IMG/VR virus record: IMGVR_UViG_3300025131_000024
Location: 7,165-71,164 of that record
Direction: 5' to 3' (one strand)
DNA length: 64,000 bases
Origin: a virus
Below, piece after piece: positions 60,264-64,000 of this stretch. How positions within the stretch are numbered: the first letter of the stretch is position 1; each line of letters starts with the position of its first letter. The notes under the pieces were generated by a model. It was not told the DNA's origin, did not search any database, and saw only the letters and a program-made list of their open reading frames with translations. The position numbers and the translations under genes are program-made.

Positions 60264-60562
60264 TTCATTACTCCGTTCCTGTTGTTGTTTCGATATATGA
60301 AGTATTGCACAGGTGAGAGGGGGGTGTCAAGCGTTTTCGGAACCAATTTCAAATATCTACTGTGAATTATTTCACAATGTGGCCCGGCGGCAGGACCCGG
60401 CACCCGGCAGCCGGGATCTAAAATTTTTAAAATTTCACCGGGTACCAGTTCCCTACCTGGGATGGCTGGACTGGCAGACGGCGGACTGGCGGCTTCAGGT
60501 TCTCTTAAAATTTTACAAAAAAAATACCAGCAAGTAGAAATCGGACAATCTACTTGCTGGTA

Positions 60563-60847
60563 AAAAATTAGGGGCGGGAATCAGTGATAAAACATCGTGG
60601 ATACAGCGGAGAGGAATATGTACAAGGAGAAAATTGGTGAAGCTATATGTTCCTAGGAAACTATGCTTCTATCTCAATTTTGTCGCTAGTCAGTAAGTTC
60701 ATGCACGGTTCTCTGAGATTTTATGTAATTCCCGTCCCAATTGCCCCCGGTATACCTACCGATTTTCGCAAGGTCCAACGGCTAGGGGCTAGGGAATCGC
60801 TTACGGTCTAAAGCCCGTCGGCTCGGCCGCCTGATTGGATTCCCGAT
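60563..60847 (-). ncRNA. candidate structured non-coding RNA (~280 nt)
   Basis: TTGACA-N17-TATAAT at 60854-60882, terminator at 60517-60562, no sizeable ORF, three closed stem domains. Confidence 0.5.
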
Positions 60848-60889
60848 AAATCTATTATACCACCCTTTTCCCTATTTGTCAACCCCCAA

Positions 60890-61040
60890 TTTCAGATTGC
60901 CCTCATTTCCCGAATTGCCCTCATTTCCCGAATTGCCGAAGTATAGGATTGCCGTAAAGTCAGACATTCCGCATTCCCCCATTCCCTGCATTCCCCCATT
61001 CCCTGCATTGCTGATTGCCTTGATTACCATTTCCCAAAGA
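60890..61040. repeat. ATTCCC/ATTGCC short-period repeat tract
   Basis: repeated ATT(C/G)CC units plus a tandem ATTGCCCTCATTTCCCGA. Confidence 0.7.
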
Positions 61041-61049
61041 GTGGCCATC

Positions 61050-61448
61050 TTATACTCCGATCTTTTTAAAGTTTTTAGGGTGTGCAGCCCAACGCTGAAC
61101 GAAAGACACAGGAGCCTTTCGTCGAGAAGAGTCGCTCAACCGCATTATTTGGATAGGGTACTTCCTAGCCTTGTGGTTGTAACCCAAGATTCGATACTCG
61201 TCCTTATTGTCGAAGAACGTGTCCCCAACCTTTAGGTCAGTAACCCCCGCAGCCTGAAGGTTTTCGTTTACTATAACATTGTTCATGGAGGGAAGAATAA
61301 CAGAAAATTTCAAATCTACCTTGTTACCCTCGCCGTAAGTAGCCCGACCGGGTTCAACGGTCAGTCCCATATTTTTAAAAGTTTCTCGGAGCGACTCCAA
61401 TCCTTGCTGGGAAAGGAGTTTGGCTTCTTTGCGTCCTAGAAATTCCAT
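61050..61448 (-). CDS. phage hypothetical protein
   Basis: 132-aa ORF; KVGDTF...ILGYNHKARKYPI. Confidence 0.65.
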   Translation of the reverse strand: MEFLGRKEAKLLSQQGLESLRETFKNMGLTVEPGRATYGEGNKVDLKFSVILPSMNNVIVNENLQAAGVTDLKVGDTFFDNKDEYRILGYNHKARKYPIQIMRLSDSSRRKAPVSFVQRWAAHPKNFKKIGV

Positions 61449-61511
61449 GTCAGTAACCTTGCTTTCTTGGTAAACTCTAATTTAGCTGATGCTTCTAGGG
61501 TATCAGAGGAT

Positions 61512-61718
61512 TTAGTTATTGTCAACACACCTCTCACATTGCCAGAGTTCGGGGTCGGCCTGAATCTCAGGCTCAGTGATGCGCTCTACTTTCTGACCAG
61601 AAATATCTTGGCCAGTAAACCGGGCAGACATTCCTGAGCATCGGCCATGATAGACCCGCCCATTGTCTCCGATATACAGGGCATCATCTTCAAGGACGGG
61701 CTGCTGTGTCGTAATCAT
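61512..61718 (-). CDS. hypothetical protein
   Basis: GAGG RBS; coupled to the upstream gene. Confidence 0.6.
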   Translation of the reverse strand: MITTQQPVLEDDALYIGDNGRVYHGRCSGMSARFTGQDISGQKVERITEPEIQADPELWQCERCVDNN

Positions 61719-61945
61719 GTTCCTACCTCTTTCTGAAATCTGCCACCAGCGTCGATAAACGCTCGTTCAAGGTCTTCCAACCGACGTTGGGACTTCTCGG
61801 GTGTGAAGTACCAACCGCATCCGCACTCGTCCAGGGTGCCACCGCTCTCGCAGTAAATCCCTCGCTCGTGTTCCTCTCGTGTGTAGTTCAGCCCTTTTGG
61901 GACACGCTCGTCCGACATGAAACTGAATTGTATCTCTACGTGCAT
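61715..61945 (-). CDS. hypothetical Cys-containing protein
   Basis: AGGAG RBS. Confidence 0.6.
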   Translation of the reverse strand: MHVEIQFSFMSDERVPKGLNYTREEHERGIYCESGGTLDECGCGWYFTPEKSQRRLEDLERAFIDAGGRFQKEVGT

Positions 61946-62094
61946 AGCACTCCTTTCAAATCCCCAAGCCGCTCTAGTAGCTGCTTTGTCCTGAAAGCCA
62001 CGATTGACTTGTTGATGGGCAAGCCACCCGGCCGGGCCTTGACGTTCTTGAGTTCCCCGAGTGCCTTCAGAATGTCCTTTTCGGTGATCGTCAT
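61936..62094 (-). CDS. 52-aa basic hypothetical protein
   Basis: MTITEKDILKALGELK...; promoter at 62126-62153 and AGGAGAGG RBS. Confidence 0.55.
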   Translation of the reverse strand: MTITEKDILKALGELKNVKARPGGLPINKSIVAFRTKQLLERLGDLKGVLCT

Positions 62095-62149
62095 TTCGGG
62101 TCCTCTCCTTGTTTAGTAGACCTTTATTATAACAGAAACTCGGAGGATG

Positions 62150-62335
62150 TCAACCCACCTCTATATATACGGGTGGGTCAAAGGACTGCCGATGTCGCCA
62201 GTCTTCAATAAACTCTTCAAGGTCCATGGTGAATTGCTGAGTGAACCCACCATGTACGTCAATGTCTTTATTATGCTCACACAAATCATCTAGACTGGTG
62301 TAAAGGCGGATGTTGATGCTGTGTTCGTACTCCAT
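62150..62335 (-). CDS. acidic hypothetical protein
   Basis: coupled ORF. Confidence 0.55.
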   Translation of the reverse strand: MEYEHSINIRLYTSLDDLCEHNKDIDVHGGFTQQFTMDLEEFIEDWRHRQSFDPPVYIEVG

Positions 62336-62574
62336 TAGATTTTCCTATCCTCCTGCGCTTGCTCGCTGTGGCTTGGAACCCACTCATCGGCTGTCGTATA
62401 CTCGAAGCTGAAGTCGTAGTTGTCCTCATAGTCCCAAACTCTTTCCTTGAAGGGGGGACGCACTAGAACAACTCCTCTAACTTTTTCAATCGCTTCTTCT
62501 AGCGTACTTGCCTCGACTTCGTAGTACTTAGTTCCACTCTCGGTATAGTCTTGCTGTATCTCAAACAGAGCCAT
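62335..62574 (-). CDS. acidic hypothetical protein
   Basis: YEVEASTLEEAIEKV motif; GAGG RBS. Confidence 0.6.
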   Translation of the reverse strand: MALFEIQQDYTESGTKYYEVEASTLEEAIEKVRGVVLVRPPFKERVWDYEDNYDFSFEYTTADEWVPSHSEQAQEDRKI

Positions 62575-62575
62575 G

Positions 62576-62734
62576 TTATCCCTCTCTGTAGCTGTCTGCT
62601 GCGCTAACTGCTCGTTCGATCATCAACTCGGGGCATTGGCAGTCTGCTAGTGCAGGTGGATTGTCCACTTCGTACTGCTCGCAGCCTTCCATGTGTACTC
62701 CGTCCCATTCCCGACTAAACCAACTCATATTCAT
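62576..62734 (-). CDS. 52-aa hypothetical protein
   Basis: MNMSWFSREWDGVHMEGC...; promoter at 62767-62795, GGAG RBS. Confidence 0.5.
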   Translation of the reverse strand: MNMSWFSREWDGVHMEGCEQYEVDNPPALADCQCPELMIERAVSAADSYREG

Positions 62735-63193
62735 TCTCCGCTTGCTTGTTTCTTATCGACATAGCTATCTTACAGGAGGGGAGGACCAATGTCAACCCTT
62801 TTCTAAAATCTACTGTGACGGATTTCACAAGGGTGTGCCGGGCTGGACCGGGTACACCCGGCACACCTGGGAAAGATATTTTTTAAAAAATGCTCCCTGG
62901 GTGATCCGAGCTGGTAGCTGGATGACGGAAGGTCCAGCTAGATACCGGCGGAGCTGGCAGGCCCGGTATAATTTTTATAAAAAATAAGTAGGACCCCTTT
63001 AGGGGTTCTACTTAAATTATGATGACCGGGGATGTCACGCATCCTCGTCGTCATCTCAGTCATCCTCTACCAGTGAGTGGGCAATGAAAGAAAGGTATTT
63101 CATGGTTGCCAGTTCCGTGTATTGCTGCTCCTCTGCCCTCTCGCCTGCCGCCAGTATCTTCAGCATCTCTTCTTTTCTCGGCATGATTCCCCC

Positions 63194-63222
63194 TTGACAT
63201 CCGGGATCGCTTTTGCTATAAT
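63194..63222 (+). promoter_or_regulatory. rightward consensus promoter with extended -10
   Basis: TTGACA-N17-TATAAT with TG at -15/-14. Confidence 0.75.
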
Positions 63223-63276
63223 AGATTTCTACCGCTCTTCGTAGTGTAGAACGCCCCCTGCCCAAAATATTCCCGA

Positions 63277-63292
63277 TAGAACATTTGTTCTA
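63277..63292. promoter_or_regulatory. LexA (SOS) box of the Gram-positive/Chloroflexota type
   Basis: TAGAAC-ATTT-GTTCTA palindrome. Confidence 0.55.
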
Positions 63293-63599
63293 GGCAATTC
63301 CGAGAGTTCAGGGCTATATCTTAATCAGGATTATCAGGAGGAGCAGGCAATTCAGGAAACCGATCCCCAGTATGTGGTTCTGGGTTTTTTCTAAAATTTC
63401 CCTGATGGCATCCAGCTCTTCGAGATGAGCTACGCTGGGGTTATAGCCGAAATCTTCATTCCTCATACTTGGAGTTTCTCCTTTTCCCGTGCTTCGAGCC
63501 CCGGGTCTTTTTTCTTAAAAGTACTTTTCTGCTATCCGGCCGCAGGCGGAGCTGGGAATCTCTTATTATCATTCCCTACCTTCGGTATAATTTATTATA

Positions 63600-63945
63600 C
63601 CGAAGAATCCCCGGAATCCCCTAAATACAGGGGGGAATTGCCGATTATGAATTCCCGTAATTGCCAATTGCCTAGGATTCCCCATGATTCCCTACGATTG
63701 CCAATTGCCTCTGCATTCCCTAATTGCCTGTAGATTCCCATATTGCCACGGATTGCCTACATTCCCGATTGCCTGTAGATTCCCGCATTCCCTGTAGATT
63801 CCCGATTCCCTACATTCCCTACATTCCCGATTCCCTACGATTCCCGCATTCCCGCTACGATTCCCTGCGATTGCCGATTCCCTGCGATTGCCGATTCCCT
63901 GCGTTTCCCGATTCCCAGCGATTCCCAGCAATTCCCGATTCCCAT
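63600..63945. repeat. ATTCCC/ATTGCC short-period repeat tract
   Basis: dozens of ATT(C/G)CC units spaced ~7-12 bp apart, all on one strand. Confidence 0.85.
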
Positions 63946-64000
63946 ATAATAATAAGAGGAATCTACAACATTGTGAAATTTTTCACAAAGAGCTAGGATT

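Larger units (their letters stand above)
52550..62830 (-). repeat. array of early-type cassettes: TTGACA-N16/18-(-10) promoter, ATATCGAAACAA-like leader, ACGGAGTA RBS, 1-3 small genes, hairpin-U terminator
   Basis: minus-strand -35 hexamers at 52573, 52984, 53832, 54377, 54909, 55246, 55538, 56216, 56775, 57559, 58195, 58958, 59538, 60325, 60877, 62148, 62790; terminators near 52609, 53442, 53852, 55003, 56293, 57261, 58301, 59045, 59657, 60517, 62978. Confidence 0.85.
53179..63987. promoter_or_regulatory. ten TGTGA-N6-TCACA palindromes (Rex-operator-like, also CRP-like)
   Basis: copies start at 53179, 54934, 56234, 57596, 58223, 58986, 59574, 60361, 62814, 63972; five are perfect TTGTGAA-N4-TTCACAA. 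Confidence 0.85.

Noticed and set aside
51900-63990. CRISPR array or integron suggested by the repeated spacers
   Set aside because: Repeats are degenerate, irregularly spaced and separated by whole genes with their own promoters; no cas operon, integrase or attC-type structure seen
63692-63996. ORFs over the ATTCCC tract (GNRE / RFP repeats)
   Set aside because: Low-complexity by-products of the DNA repeat, without RBS
1-64000. Stop-codon reassignment
   Set aside because: Conserved genes are full length in the standard bacterial code, use all three stops, and no suppressor tRNA was seen

Overview
The whole window reads as part of a large tailed (siphovirus-like) dsDNA bacteriophage genome, with almost all genes on the minus strand. 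Left to right: class II ribonucleotide reductase, terminase large and small subunits, a replication/recombination module (RuvC-like, MazG-like, dNMP kinase, Cas4-like nuclease, RecA, family A DNA polymerase, SSB, primase, RNase HI, DnaB, NADAR, SNF2 helicase, sigma factor), an auxiliary cluster (138-nt tmRNA-like RNA, Hsp20, GroES, tRNA-Met, NadA, overprinted C5 DNA methyltransferase), a tail/neck module (24.4-49 kb, including a ~1300-aa kinase + ADP-ribosyltransferase protein and a 2222-aa fibre), and from ~51.4 kb a 12.5-kb array of small promoter-gene-terminator cassettes. Capsid and portal genes are not in the window. Strongest leads: (1) a miniature tmRNA with its own consensus promoter; (2) ten palindromes matching the Rex operator (TTGTGAA-N4-TTCACAA), most just upstream of early promoters, in a phage that also carries nadA, NADAR and an ADP-ribosyltransferase; (3) a C5 methyltransferase whose motif IX sits in a second, fully overlapping reading frame; (4) a promoter- and terminator-bounded ~280-nt structured non-coding element; (5) a Leu-like tRNA with a GTA anticodon. 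All calls come from reading the sequence by eye; no searches or folding programs were run.
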